From sequence record MH494197.1: DNA of 64,000 nucleotides. One strand, 5' to 3'. Below, in pieces: positions 11,710 to 23,049 of this stretch. Below the pieces are notes generated by a model that saw nothing but the letters and a program-made list of their open reading frames with translations, ran no database searches and was not told the origin of the DNA. The translations under genes were made by a program, and so were the position numbers. Position 1 is the stretch's first letter, and each line of letters begins with the position of its first letter.

Positions 11710-11922
11710 ATAATTGGTAAGGTGCGATCCTTATATGTCTATCGAGGAACTCTCTTTATCCTATTGGAGTTCTTTATACAGCCGCATTGCCGTGAGTGGT
11801 TCAAACTATGCCATCATCTAACGGGTTTCATTTGCTGTTCGTACTGAAAGGACTACTCATCTACCCTCTACTTTTCGAGTGGATTAGGCTTTAATCATTT
11901 CCATATGGAACCTTTCAGGATT
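11710..11922 (-). ncRNA. candidate structured RNA or long 5' leader
   Basis: ~210-nt stretch with no ORF in the track and several hairpins (TTCCATATGGAA, GAACTC..GAGTTC, AAGG-ATCGCA-CCTT), downstream of a promoter; no family recognised. Confidence 0.3.
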
Positions 11923-11955
11923 AAAAAAGGCGACAACATATTCTGCTGTCACCTT
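11923..11955 (-). terminator. Rho-independent terminator
   Basis: AAGGTGACAGCA-GAATA-TGTTGTCGCCTT followed by TTTT. Confidence 0.7.
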
Positions 11956-11957
11956 AC

Positions 11958-11985
11958 ATTATATCATAAACTTATGGTATGTCTC
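11958..11985 (-). promoter_or_regulatory. promoter GAGACA-N16-TATAAT (TG extended -10)
   Basis: GAGACAtaccataagtttatgaTATAATg. Confidence 0.5.
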
Positions 11986-12038
11986 AGTTGTATTCTGTTT
12001 TTCAGTGAAATTAGTTAAGATATCTGCACTTAAGCTTC

Positions 12039-12830
12039 TCATAACCTCAATCTTACTTGGCATGAACCTGTGCTTGTTTTTACATACAACTCATCATCTT
12101 CAATGAAAGATGTGAACATGAATACCATATCTTCACGTGGAATTGAGAGAATATTACAGTTTTCATTTTCAGCAACAGGGGAATCATTGTAGTACTTAGA
12201 GAATGCAGTACTTTGACGACCGATTATGATAGAATTTCGGATTAGAAAATTACTACAGTACTGAAAATCTTTGTAGTACTTGTCAAGGATATATGGCATT
12301 ATCGCTTCTTTCACTTCTTCATATCCATTTGAACTATCAATTGCAGTACAATAATCTTCTCGGTCTTTATTCCCTCGATGATTATCAAACTCGTACTCAA
12401 AGAATAAATTTTCATTTAATGAATTATTTGAACCAACTGATCCACTATAGTATGATTTTCTATCATTCATTCGATCATCGGGGCATGATGCATACATAGA
12501 AATGTCATGTGTTGACGTACCGATATAAATTTTCTTAGTAATGTGATTGTACGCGATGTAATCATAATCTTGTACTCCAGTGAGCATTAACTGGAACATC
12601 AATTCATCAGGAACATCAATTAACGGGTACTCAAACTTCGAATATCTACTACGACAGAAATTCTTTTCAAATGCTCGATATGCGATGAAATCTTTTAGGT
12701 TTGTAATAGATTCATGCTCATGTGTATTACTTGTGCGTACATTGACATTAGTAGACGAGCAATACCCTTCAGATTCTTCTGCGTAGTCATAATAACCCTT
12801 ACTGTAGTCAACGATTAGATAAAGTTTCAT
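12039..12830 (-). CDS. family A hypothetical protein
   Basis: 263-aa ORF; motif PDELMFQLM. Confidence 0.6.
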   Translation of the reverse strand: MKLYLIVDYSKGYYDYAEESEGYCSSTNVNVRTSNTHEHESITNLKDFIAYRAFEKNFCRSRYSKFEYPLIDVPDELMFQLMLTGVQDYDYIAYNHITKKIYIGTSTHDISMYASCPDDRMNDRKSYYSGSVGSNNSLNENLFFEYEFDNHRGNKDREDYCTAIDSSNGYEEVKEAIMPYILDKYYKDFQYCSNFLIRNSIIIGRQSTAFSKYYNDSPVAENENCNILSIPREDMVFMFTSFIEDDELYVKTSTGSCQVRLRL

Positions 12831-12842
12831 ATATCTCCAGAC

Positions 12843-12873
12843 AAAAAGGACGAGATATTATATCCCGTCCTTT
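12843..12873 (-). terminator. Rho-independent terminator
   Basis: GGACGGGAT-ATAAT-ATCTCGTCC followed by TTTTT. Confidence 0.7.
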
Positions 12874-13233
12874 GGTTTATTAGTGGCTTGCCCAGCAGTA
12901 AACAGGACGTAGATTTTCCATTGGGTTTACTTCAGGCTTCAGTACTGTAACACGAACTTCATACGGAGTACCATCTGCATGATGGAACGTTTCGTAATGA
13001 ATACTCTCAATGAAGGTTTCATATTCTTCTTGAGAACGTGAACGAACTGATGGGGAATATTTCTTTTGGTATCTGATTTTAGTGTAACACTTACTAGTTC
13101 TGATTCTTCACCATTTTCAAGTTTATTGAAATCGAACTCTGGTACACCTTCAAACATATCAAATTTCATTCCGTTGTCTTCCATTTTAAATTCCTTTTAT
13201 ATAATGTTAGTTAGATAGTTTTAATAAATCAGA

Positions 13234-13572
13234 TTAGATTACGTCATACGGTAGAGTACCGTGACGGAATTTATCAAGTTGTGCAAGAACTTCTTTACGT
13301 TCGACAATCTCTGGCACATCTTCTTGCAGTTGGTCACATACTTCAACGATGAAATCCCAATCGCTCTCACAACTCACACGTACTGCTTCAATTGTTTTCC
13401 AATCAGCACTAATTTCACCTTCAGGATTTACATACGAAGGCCATACCTTTCCATAGTCTTGTACTGATTTGTCGTTAAGAACACGAATAGCATTGAAAAT
13501 CTGTCCAGTACTGAAGTGTTTAGTATTCTTCATGTCTTCTAAGCAACATAGCTTAGGTTCACCCGACTTCAA
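13234..13572 (-). CDS. hypothetical protein
   Basis: 112-aa ORF. Confidence 0.5.
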   Translation of the reverse strand: MKSGEPKLCCLEDMKNTKHFSTGQIFNAIRVLNDKSVQDYGKVWPSYVNPEGEISADWKTIEAVRVSCESDWDFIVEVCDQLQEDVPEIVERKEVLAQLDKFRHGTLPYDVI

Positions 13573-13649
13573 TCAGAAGTACACCACCAATAGCTTTTAG
13601 AACAGAACTTGTATTCATCTATATCTCCATTTATCAAAAAGATGTGAAC

Positions 13650-13677
13650 ATTATATCACAAGGAATTGTCATGTCCA
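13650..13677 (-). promoter_or_regulatory. promoter TGGACA-N16-TATAAT (TG extended -10)
   Basis: TGGACAtgacaattccttgtgaTATAATg. Confidence 0.6.
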
Positions 13678-14048
13678 CAATATTTTATCAAATAGTCAAA
13701 CTTTCGTGCCAGTTATTGAAATCGTTAATAGCCAGCATAAACATATTCTCATCATTAAATTCTAGAATATGTTCATTGTATAAGTAGCTAATGTACTTAT
13801 TACTACAGTGTTTGCTATTCATAATTAGCATTTCAACTGCACGTTCATACGAACATGGGCTGAGATACAATTTTGTTCCATCAGGATGCTCAATCTCCAC
13901 TGCACGTGGAATAAAACGTTCACCAGTATAAGGGATATACGGCTCTGTTTTGAAAATAAGTTTGAATTTAGTATCCATACCAAATCCTCCATAATTACAT
14001 TGTTTCTTTTATGTTGCGTAACATAGTATTAACTATGTTCATCTTCCC

Positions 14049-14756
14049 CTAACTTGAAGTAATATTCCAATTTATTAATAATATTACTTTTAATATCTCA
14101 AATATTTGATATTCATTTGTTTCGAAACTAAGTTCGAATTGGAAAGTATATAAATTGTTGAATAGATGTACCAACGATGCATCAGGTGATTCCATTGTAA
14201 ATGTGTAGTTGGCACGATAACCAGTACTAATCACCACTTCCGATGATTCACCTTTCATGGATATGTCAATATTATACATCATTGGGCGACCAGTTGCAAT
14301 ATCTTTCATTCGGAAGAATGCAGTACTGCGATACACAACACCATCTTCGGTAACCTTTTCTTGTATAGTGATATTTGAAACTTCACTCTCTTTGAATTTG
14401 GATTCGAATGAATGAATACGATTTGATTTTTCATCATCCGTATACATAGTGCATGTATATTTTCCAAAATCATCTCTAGATGTATATGATTTATCGCTGG
14501 CGGTTTTATAAAACGAAACCCCATTGATGTGTTCTTCTTTGTACATCATTGTGTCATTGGATTTGTAGTATGAACAATTAGGTGTTGAAAGAGATTCAAA
14601 ATTGTTCACATCATGACAGTAAGAAATAGAAGAATCGCTATACAGTACTACATCACGAATTGCAACTTCTTTTGAAGTACCTTTTGACAGAAATTTGAAA
14701 GTCATTGCATGGGAAGATTCTATATCCATCGTATGTATCTGATGTACTGATACCAA
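14049..14756 (-). CDS. hypothetical protein
   Basis: 235-aa ORF. Confidence 0.55.
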   Translation of the reverse strand: MVSVHQIHTMDIESSHAMTFKFLSKGTSKEVAIRDVVLYSDSSISYCHDVNNFESLSTPNCSYYKSNDTMMYKEEHINGVSFYKTASDKSYTSRDDFGKYTCTMYTDDEKSNRIHSFESKFKESEVSNITIQEKVTEDGVVYRSTAFFRMKDIATGRPMMYNIDISMKGESSEVVISTGYRANYTFTMESPDASLVHLFNNLYTFQFELSFETNEYQIFEILKVILLINWNITSS

Positions 14757-15396
14757 ATGGTGTTGGGGAATTCAGAAATTCGTTGATATGTTCAAGTACT
14801 GAATACTTTTGAAATTACGAAAATCTGTTGTATCCATAGTAATACAATCTCCTAAATTTCGGACAAAATTAGTCGAGAATAAATCTCGACTTGTGTTTTA
14901 CTTTACCATTCTTCATTGCTTTTTACGGTCCACATGTGTTTGAGGTTTATTAAACTCATTCATATGCTTTTGTACAAAGTTGTTTACATTTTTAGCCATA
15001 CTTACTCCAAATCGGATCTTTAACTGTTAGGCTTTCAATATCACTTGCGTAAAGAACTACATTAGTTTGTGTCTCTGATACTTTAAAATCATGATAACTA
15101 TCTTTCACTTTAAAATTATCCAAAATAAACCCTTTACTACAACACATCATGATTTTATCATCTTTGATAGTGTATGTATTCTTTTTCTTACGTACTTCAG
15201 ATTGTGGGGTAATATTATCATTGTTACGAATAACACAATCAATGTACTCGTCATTTGTACTCATAGGCATACCCATGATAAACGAATTGCTAGTACTGAT
15301 TGTTAGTATGAAAACATTAGTATTTGGATTGTGAAAGAAGTCGTGCATAGTTTTACTGCATAAAACAAGCACTGAATTATGTCCTTTACATTGAAC

Positions 15397-15424
15397 ATTA
15401 TATCATGAACTTTGAATGCGTCCA
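15397..15424 (-). promoter_or_regulatory. promoter TGGACG-N16-TATAAT (TG extended -10)
   Basis: TGGACGcattcaaagttcatgaTATAATg. Confidence 0.55.
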
Positions 15425-15556
15425 ACTCTAAAATGTCATCTATCTTTCCATTCTCAACAGTTTTAATCTCCATGATCTATCCTTGATCTTCAAAGGCACT
15501 CCATGTGCACATATATTAGGTCACAGCTTTGTATTTCTCCATTGCTTCGGTGATAT

Positions 15557-16015
15557 TCAATACTGCTTGCGGTACGTCATTTTGTTGTATGCAGTGGTTA
15601 GTTTTTCCATGTTATTGAGAAGACTTAGAAACAATGGAAGTACTTCTGCATTGTCACTGAAGTTACAATCATTGACAGTACTCAATTGGAATAACTCACC
15701 AGCATCAACATTGAGTGTGTTGTATTCTTTAACAATGTTTTCTTCAGTATTGAAGATGTAGAATACAGTCCCCATGTGGTGTAAGTATACACCAGTATCA
15801 TTCTGAATATGACATGGGGTGATTACAATTGCTGTGTTATCAATATTATTTACTATTGTCAAACGCAGACTATGTAACCCAAAGATTACAGTACAATCCT
15901 TTGTACTGTGTTGGATCTGGTCACTAGTAAAGGAAGACCCACTATGATTTTTAGATCCATTTAGTATTTCTTTGATAATTTTAAATGAATACTTCATAGA
16001 ATTAGTTAAAAGCAT
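15557..16015 (-). CDS. family A hypothetical protein
   Basis: motif DAGELFQLSTV. Confidence 0.65.
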   Translation of the reverse strand: MLLTNSMKYSFKIIKEILNGSKNHSGSSFTSDQIQHSTKDCTVIFGLHSLRLTIVNNIDNTAIVITPCHIQNDTGVYLHHMGTVFYIFNTEENIVKEYNTLNVDAGELFQLSTVNDCNFSDNAEVLPLFLSLLNNMEKLTTAYNKMTYRKQY

Positions 16016-16911
16016 GAACTTTACCTTTAAGTAAATTAATTAATGTTCGCATAGATTCAGTACTGACAGTACCAAAATCAACACCTAAGCACTCGTATTG
16101 AAAGAACTCAATAGAATCAATTGAGTCCAAAGGAATCTCAACAACCTGATTCCCTATACCAGACATAGTAACATTGCTTTTATTAATCGTCAAGAAGTTT
16201 TTGAATAAGTATTAAATTTTAGTGAAATCGCATCGGGTGCTTTGTAACAATGCAGTACTGGGAGCCATACACATATAGTACTTTACTTTCACTAAGATCC
16301 GTTTTAAAAAATGAATCCCATTGAAGTATTTCTCATTGGCTCCCATCGCCGCGATTAGTTCATCTGTTGTTGTTAACCTTGTTTCGTTCTTCGTTAAACT
16401 GTTGAAAAGCATAGAATACTACCTTAACCATTTGTAGTGTTTCAGACATTACTTCTGATGAAAATTCAACATCATTGAATTTCAGCATAGTGTTCTGTGT
16501 AAAGAAAGTTGCTTCTAAGTCTTCCAGATTGAAGGGTTCATCAAACAAATTAGTACTGAACATGTCAGTCTTCTTCTTGTATGTGAACAAGAATTTGGAA
16601 TTATAACGAAGAACTATTTCATCTTTATTAACCAAAATACGTGCAATGTTCTGACGTGTCAATGTGGTAATGTTTAAATTGAACACGTTCTTGCGTGTTT
16701 CAGTGATATCAACAAAATACCCATCTCCTGATGGATATTACATCGTACATCCAACCCTTTCTGTACTGTATTGAACAGTGCATCTTGAATAAAATAATTT
16801 GCTGTATCGATGTTTCCTAAAATGTCTAACATAACTTCTCCTTGATTGCTGTCATATTTAGAAGAAATTCTTCAAGCAATTCCTCTGTAACATACTCAAC
16901 ATACCAGAATA

Positions 16912-17343
16912 TCACAATATCTTTGAAAGTCGAGTATTCTTAAAAATATCTACTAACTCTTTGTAGTACTCAAGATCATATACATCTTTTATAATTAGTG
17001 AGTACTGAAATAGTGATTCTTCAGTTAACTTAAATTCTGGATATAGTAAGTCATTAAATTCTAATGATTCTGATTGTACTTTTATTTTAGTGAAGTCATT
17101 TGTTAATCCACCATTATATCCATATAATGCAGCGTAATTCACGAACTTGGCTTTTGGATTAAAATCAAGAACAGTTTCACCTTTATATGACAATCGGTGG
17201 AACGCCGTGAACTTTGTAATTTGCCACGGTTGCTTAATGCCTAAGTCATTTATGTCTTTATTATTGTACATAAGAACTGTGAATATTTCAGCAATCTTCA
17301 ATAATAATTTAGTACGTGCTAGTACTGTCATAGGTTCAATCAT
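16912..17343 (-). CDS. family A hypothetical protein
   Basis: motif TEESLFQYSLI. Confidence 0.65.
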   Translation of the reverse strand: MIEPMTVLARTKLLLKIAEIFTVLMYNNKDINDLGIKQPWQITKFTAFHRLSYKGETVLDFNPKAKFVNYAALYGYNGGLTNDFTKIKVQSESLEFNDLLYPEFKLTEESLFQYSLIIKDVYDLEYYKELVDIFKNTRLSKIL

Positions 17344-17813
17344 TATACACCTTCATATTCATCAAGGAAATCTTCGATGATCATTTCTGCATCATCCATA
17401 TGCATAGCATCTACTTCAACAATGCGAACCTTAGATGCATCCCAAATCATATAGCTAGGAACTGTATCTGGTTCGTAATCGTTCTTGTACTGAACTGCAT
17501 CATAGCCGTTAATTTCGCAGTACTCAATCACTCCACGCCATTCGTCGTCACTGCCCATATCCGTCCACAGAAGCACGTTATCAACATCAACTTCTAAGGT
17601 ATGTAAGTATACTGTATCAGCGTCAACAACGTTCAGTGGGCTTCTCAGCTTGCGTAATGCAGCTTCTAAAGCACTGTGTTTACCTCCCATATGAAGGCCA
17701 CCATACGGGATATAAAAGTTATCAATTTTACAGTACTCGCATGATACAGTTTCATTATTCATTCCTATTTCAGTACTTTGACCGGGCTTTAACCGCTGTT
17801 TCAAGTTGTGCAA
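17343..17813 (-). CDS. possible ADP-ribosyltransferase-fold protein (ART-PolyVal-like)
   Basis: GGLHMG..SALEAA and NGYDAVQYKNDYE..SYMIWDASKVRIV resemble the GYDG..N..E..y.vf.p.qik tail of ART-PolyVal domains; pattern recognition only. Confidence 0.4.
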   Translation of the reverse strand: MHNLKQRLKPGQSTEIGMNNETVSCEYCKIDNFYIPYGGLHMGGKHSALEAALRKLRSPLNVVDADTVYLHTLEVDVDNVLLWTDMGSDDEWRGVIEYCEINGYDAVQYKNDYEPDTVPSYMIWDASKVRIVEVDAMHMDDAEMIIEDFLDEYEGV

Positions 17814-18219
17814 AGTCGTTGATTGTAAGATAATGAATACCCAATGTACTCATTTCTGAATCTATTTTACTATACAAATCGAACATGTCAAGTAGATATT
17901 GATATGTATATGACTCCGATGACACACATGATTCTTGAAATAGACGTTCTTCCATATCATTTACTACTTCATCATTTACGTCTCGAATCACACCATCTTT
18001 GTATGTGTAGTAAATCTCATCCCATTCATCTGATAAGCGGAATAGTAAAGGCTTACCATTAAACATCTCAAGGTCATATGCATTGACTTCACTCAATAAC
18101 ATATCATCAGGATCAGGTGTGAAATCGAATTGAGCGAGTGAAGAACCATCATAATCCTTAAGGAATACACCAATAGCATTCAATTTAACTTCGCCATAAT
18201 TGCCATTCTTGAACTTCAC
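17770..18219 (-). CDS. family A hypothetical protein
   Basis: motif MEERLFQESCV. Confidence 0.65.
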   Translation of the reverse strand: MKFKNGNYGEVKLNAIGVFLKDYDGSSLAQFDFTPDPDDMLLSEVNAYDLEMFNGKPLLFRLSDEWDEIYYTYKDGVIRDVNDEVVNDMEERLFQESCVSSESYTYQYLLDMFDLYSKIDSEMSTLGIHYLTINDFAQLETAVKARSKY

Positions 18220-18930
18220 ACGAATATTAATATCAATGCTTTGAACCGTATCATCATCTTGGAACTGATAATCAATTTTATACTTTTCCCAAAGTTTTTA
18301 ATATCTTTGAAGTACTTAATTTTACTTTCTATTTCTTTAAAGTTCATCTGGAACCACCATCTCTTGTATGTTCTTGCATTTTATCATTGCACAATTAGTA
18401 TGTAAAATGATAGAGTACTTATGTAATGATTTAATTTTATAACACTCATTAAGTACTGAAATGATGCCCCATAACTCTTCTACATCAATAGTGATAGGTT
18501 CACTAGTACTAAGTTGCATTAGTGCTGCTTCCACATCATCTTTGTTATTGATTTTGAACTGCATACCACGTTTCAGTATTTTGGTTTTGGATTATACTCT
18601 GCCATTACATCACCTTCAGGGTAACCCTCGTGTAATAATAATGTAGTCTCATAATCTCCACAATTGAAATTAATTTCATCATAGTCAGGAACACAAATCA
18701 TTCCTTCACCATATTGATTATCTACTGATTCGATTGTTAAAATACGCTGATGTTCATTACTCAGGATAATAGAATCGTGCCAGTACTGCGTAGTGAATTT
18801 ACTACGTTTCTTTTGACAGCACATACTTGACATGGGACCATACTTTTATATAGGGACTTCTTGAATGCTATCGCACGAGCCACCTTAATAACTTCTCGAA
18901 TTAGGTCAATAGCTTCTTGATAACTTTTTC

Positions 18931-19137
18931 TCATTTGTCGTACCCATATAAAATATGATCTAGTGTGCATTGTACTTCTTCATGGAAGAACAATGGGTAA
19001 ATTTGTATTAATTTTTCTTTAAGTTCAAGTGAATGGCATAATTCTAATGCTTTGATACAATCTTCATATTGAACTAAGCTATGTATTGTACTTAACTGGA
19101 AATGTTGTTCTTCAGAGTAAGCTAAATCATATACCAA
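18931..19137 (-). CDS. family A hypothetical protein (C-terminal fragment)
   Basis: motif SEEQHFQLSTI. Confidence 0.6.
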   Translation of the reverse strand: MVYDLAYSEEQHFQLSTIHSLVQYEDCIKALELCHSLELKEKLIQIYPLFFHEEVQCTLDHILYGYDK

Positions 19138-20555
19138 ATTATCATCTAAAAGGTTTGATTTCTTTGAAGGATCAAGTACTGTGTTGCTATGACCTACCCA
19201 GAAAAAGCATTGGTGTTCATATTATTACAACCCCAACCTGCCCCATTTTTGGTGAATAGCAAAGACACAACTATCATAGAGATTAATACCAAGACGCTCT
19301 TCGTTGACATAAATCGTAACACCATCGATTGTCATGGTTATTTGGAAACGCATTGAACCTTCACTTCGTGATCGTGCACAGAAGCCAAGATAACGGTTGA
19401 TAATTGTATTGATTTTATCTGCCCATCCTTCCACATCTTTGGATGCACATAATTTAAAAAGATCATGACTTTGATTCATGTAGTTCTCCGTTAATCAAGC
19501 ATAAGTGGCATCATCGCCCATATCTTTTCATAATCATATCTTCAGTAAAACAAACGTTTTAGGTGCAGTATATGATATTGACAACCCAAATGGAAGTACG
19601 ATTGCATCATCAATTATATTATGAATATCAAACCATGTTTTACACAATCATATGGTGGAAGTTCATGTATTGTACTTAACTGAAAGTATTGTTCTTCACC
19701 AAATGTACTGCAATCAATATCACAAATTTTAGTGAATTGATGATTCCATTTAGATATAATACTGTTTTATTATTGAACATATTAGTTCTATGCATGAAAC
19801 CATTTCTGCTAATATGATTTGATATTGCGTTTTCTTCAATATCATTGCTTATTTTAAAATTCATGTCAAAGTTGTAGTGCGAACTCGACGATTCTTTGAA
19901 TTTTAAATGAAAATAACGATTGTTATTAATTTCCATTTCAATACAAAACACATCTGAATCAAAACGATTAAACTTGTAATCGTTGTCTTCAGGTAGAGTT
20001 TGTAATTTTTCATAACACCAAGCATAGGGTGCACTAAGCTTCTAATAAAATCATTAGTTATTTTCATAGTATTCCTTTAGAACTTTAAATGATTCAACAA
20101 TACTATCTTGTGTGTAATTAGAACTATATACAATTGCATTTGATTTGATTGACCACAGATATGACATAAAGGTTATAACACTACTACATGAACTTAATGT
20201 ATTGTTTTGGAATTCATTTTCTTCAATGTTATCAGTACTGGTATTGATGAATTGGATAGTATCTTGTTTCTGATTAGACATTGAAACTAAAGTACAATCA
20301 GTATAAGGAGTGTACAAAAACGTCTCATTACTAATTGAACTATCATTAGTATATGATGGTTTGGTAATATAAATCAAACGCATGATATCACGCTCAATAC
20401 CCGATTTACGACTTTCCACTAAAGAAATCATATCTATATTTTTCATATGATCAACATTGACATGGAACTTTTGTTTAGAATTACATCTTTTGGGGAATTT
20501 TTATATGAAGATAAGATCTCATACATCTCAACTAATTCTCGTGCATTTAATAAAC

Positions 20556-20981
20556 TCATGTTTTGTCTCTTAATGAAAGAATATCCTTAGTATAAACTGA
20601 TACAGAAATGTGATTATATTTCATCATTAATTTATACACATAAGAAGCTAGTACTAAATCGTAAATTAATTTAGTATCATACAGTACTCCGTATTGTAAA
20701 GCAAGTGAATCAATATCATCTTTACTTTCAATATCCAGAAATGTGCCGAAATATGTAGTACCGTGGAGATGAAAATTGGAATTAATGCAATCAATGCATT
20801 CATTGTCCAACAGAGTAGATGATGATGCCCTCGGTGAATCCCAAATAGTCACTGCGTGTATGCCCTCAACGAACAAATCTATCCATATTTTGTGTCGTTG
20901 TCTTTTTGTTTTATAATTTTCTGGATTTGAAAGTGTAGTTTCAATTATATCCCATATGTATAAGCATTCATCTCTTGTCAT
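20556..20981 (-). CDS. hypothetical protein
   Basis: 141-aa ORF. Confidence 0.5.
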   Translation of the reverse strand: MTRDECLYIWDIIETTLSNPENYKTKRQRHKIWIDLFVEGIHAVTIWDSPRASSSTLLDNECIDCINSNFHLHGTTYFGTFLDIESKDDIDSLALQYGVLYDTKLIYDLVLASYVYKLMMKYNHISVSVYTKDILSLRDKT

Positions 20982-21099
20982 TATAGCACCTTATCCATTG
21001 CTGCATTTAATGCTTTTAAACGATCAACATTCAAAGTATTGAAGATGTACGTTCCTAAAATGTGGAAATCGAACTGGTTCTTTTTGTATGTGTGATAAA

Positions 21100-21555
21100 T
21101 TAAACTACAAAAACAACAGTACTAAGAACCTCTTCCGGTATAACGGTGCTCATCTGAAACAGTTCTTCATCAACTGTACTTGATTCTGGATTGATAGCTT
21201 TTAACTCATACTCTTTATCACCGAATAGTACTTTAATATTATATAAAACACCAACAGTACTAATATGAAATGGATGGTGTGAAAAACTTCCATCATCATT
21301 AATTTGGATATCGGATCTAATCTCGCACTCTTCATTACTTTTACTATTATTTTTACAATACAAATATTCCGCACCAGAAATAGTAAGAATACCGTGATCG
21401 TAATATTCTTTGGACAAACATTTAGATGAAAATGACACATCACGAATGAGGTAATGTTTGTTAATTTCTTTGGCACTACCAACAATGTGTAGCATCTTTG
21501 TGCTGATATCATATAGCTGTTGGTGTCGGGCTGTCATATAACTATAAGCGTTCAT
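21100..21555 (-). CDS. family A hypothetical protein
   Basis: motif VDEELFQMSTV. Confidence 0.65.
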   Translation of the reverse strand: MNAYSYMTARHQQLYDISTKMLHIVGSAKEINKHYLIRDVSFSSKCLSKEYYDHGILTISGAEYLYCKNNSKSNEECEIRSDIQINDDGSFSHHPFHISTVGVLYNIKVLFGDKEYELKAINPESSTVDEELFQMSTVIPEEVLSTVVFVV

Positions 21556-21919
21556 ATGTATCCTTGATGTTTTGATTGCCGTGTAGCTCTTTTAATGTAT
21601 CGGATTCACAGTTAATGAACTTACTATACATTACCAATTCACCAGTGTCAATAGCTTTTGCAGTTTCATAGCAAAGCATCATGTACTCAAACTCCTTGAA
21701 GTTGTCAAGTACTGATCTCTGGAAAATGTATGCTTCACGAATGTCTTCACTTTGATCTAGTTCTGGTGGAATTTCCAAATATGTATCATTCTCTACGTCA
21801 TCAAAATTAGATTCAACAATTCGATTAATATCTTCGTGTAAAGCATTGACAAATATCATGTTTGGAGTAATGGAACCGATTTGCTCACTATGCCTTGATG
21901 TGCGGATATACATTGCCAT
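21542..21919 (-). CDS. family A hypothetical protein
   Basis: motif IREAYIFQRSVL. Confidence 0.55.
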   Translation of the reverse strand: MAMYIRTSRHSEQIGSITPNMIFVNALHEDINRIVESNFDDVENDTYLEIPPELDQSEDIREAYIFQRSVLDNFKEFEYMMLCYETAKAIDTGELVMYSKFINCESDTLKELHGNQNIKDTYERL

Positions 21920-22711
21920 AGTATCCCATGAACCTTTTTCGTCGTTCCATAATCGTAAACTTTATAAGACTCCAGTACTACTGAACCAAAACGATATGGT
22001 GATTTGCATTCAACTTTAAGACGATAATTTCCAATAGGCTCATGTTCAGTAATGTTGTGCTTTTCAGATAGTTCTGCAATGTCATGCATCAATTTCATAA
22101 TTTGAATGTGTTCAGCTTGCATTATAAGTCCTCTAATTTAACAGGTACATGTTCATTGATGAACGTCTTAAGAGCCAGTACTAGATCTTCTAATTCTTCT
22201 GTACTGAATTTTAATATAGTTTTAAAGATTATCAATTCATTTCTTTCTATAATCTTTGGAATTTCATATGCTAACATAAGATTGCGAACAGTACCAGCGT
22301 TGTGTATGAGGTTCGCATTGAATAAAAGTACATCGTACTCGTCTTTTTAATTTTATAATTGTACTCTTCAATTACTTCATGTGTGTATGTATTCTTATAG
22401 GCAATTTTATTTTTATGAAATTTATAACCAACAGTAACACTATCATCATAAAATGTAGAACGATAATCTTGTTTTCTATCGCCGGACGAAATGATGTGTA
22501 ATGCTGTGTATTTGTCCTCAACATCTAACTCAATGTTTGCATAACTGTTAACGGTTTCATTCTTTAGGACGTTAATGTTATATTTCTCATTAACTTTAAT
22601 GTACTGGCGTGAACCATTATCATCAATGAACTTAAAACAATGCTTTACCAACAATGTGATTTCTTTAATTAATTCAGTACTCATATCTTCTCCTGTACTC
22701 TGTTAAAAGCG

Positions 22712-22740
22712 ATTATAACACACCTGAATGCTCATGTAAA
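22712..22740 (-). promoter_or_regulatory. sigma70 promoter TTTACA-N17-TATAAT with TGn
   Basis: TTTACAtgagcattcaggtgtgtTATAAT, 30 nt upstream of an AGGAG RBS/ATG. Confidence 0.75.
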
Positions 22741-22749
22741 GCACTAAAC

Positions 22750-22774
22750 ACAAAAAGACCCATAAGGGTCTTTA
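22750..22774 (-). terminator. Rho-independent terminator
   Basis: AAAGACCC-TTAT-GGGTCTTT followed by TTGTGTTT. Confidence 0.7.
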
Positions 22775-23049
22775 TTTTGGTAAAACGCTGTCAATGTACG
22801 CTAGAGCCTCATCTCGGAGGTACGTTCCATCTATTGTTATGTAATAGTTCTTAGGATATCACTCCCAATCTTCTCGTAAATTTTCATACATGATATCACA
22901 TCTTCATCACAAATGGTACTCAATTGAAACTGTACTTCATCAGTTAAAGGTACGATATCATGTTTAGATGGGGTTGGTATTTTCATTCAAAACAATATCA
23001 AACAAATTAGGAGTATTCTTTGACGAAATGTAACGATGTTTACTACGAA

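Noticed and set aside
11780-11810. tRNA suggested by GGTTCAAAC
   Set aside because: No paired T-stem, acceptor stem or anticodon arm.
11710-11922. Group I intron or HEARO/omega-RNA
   Set aside because: Only fragmentary resemblance (GGACTAC, CTACCC..GGCTT); P/Q/R/S elements are not in order, and there is no interrupted gene or IscB/HNH ORF.
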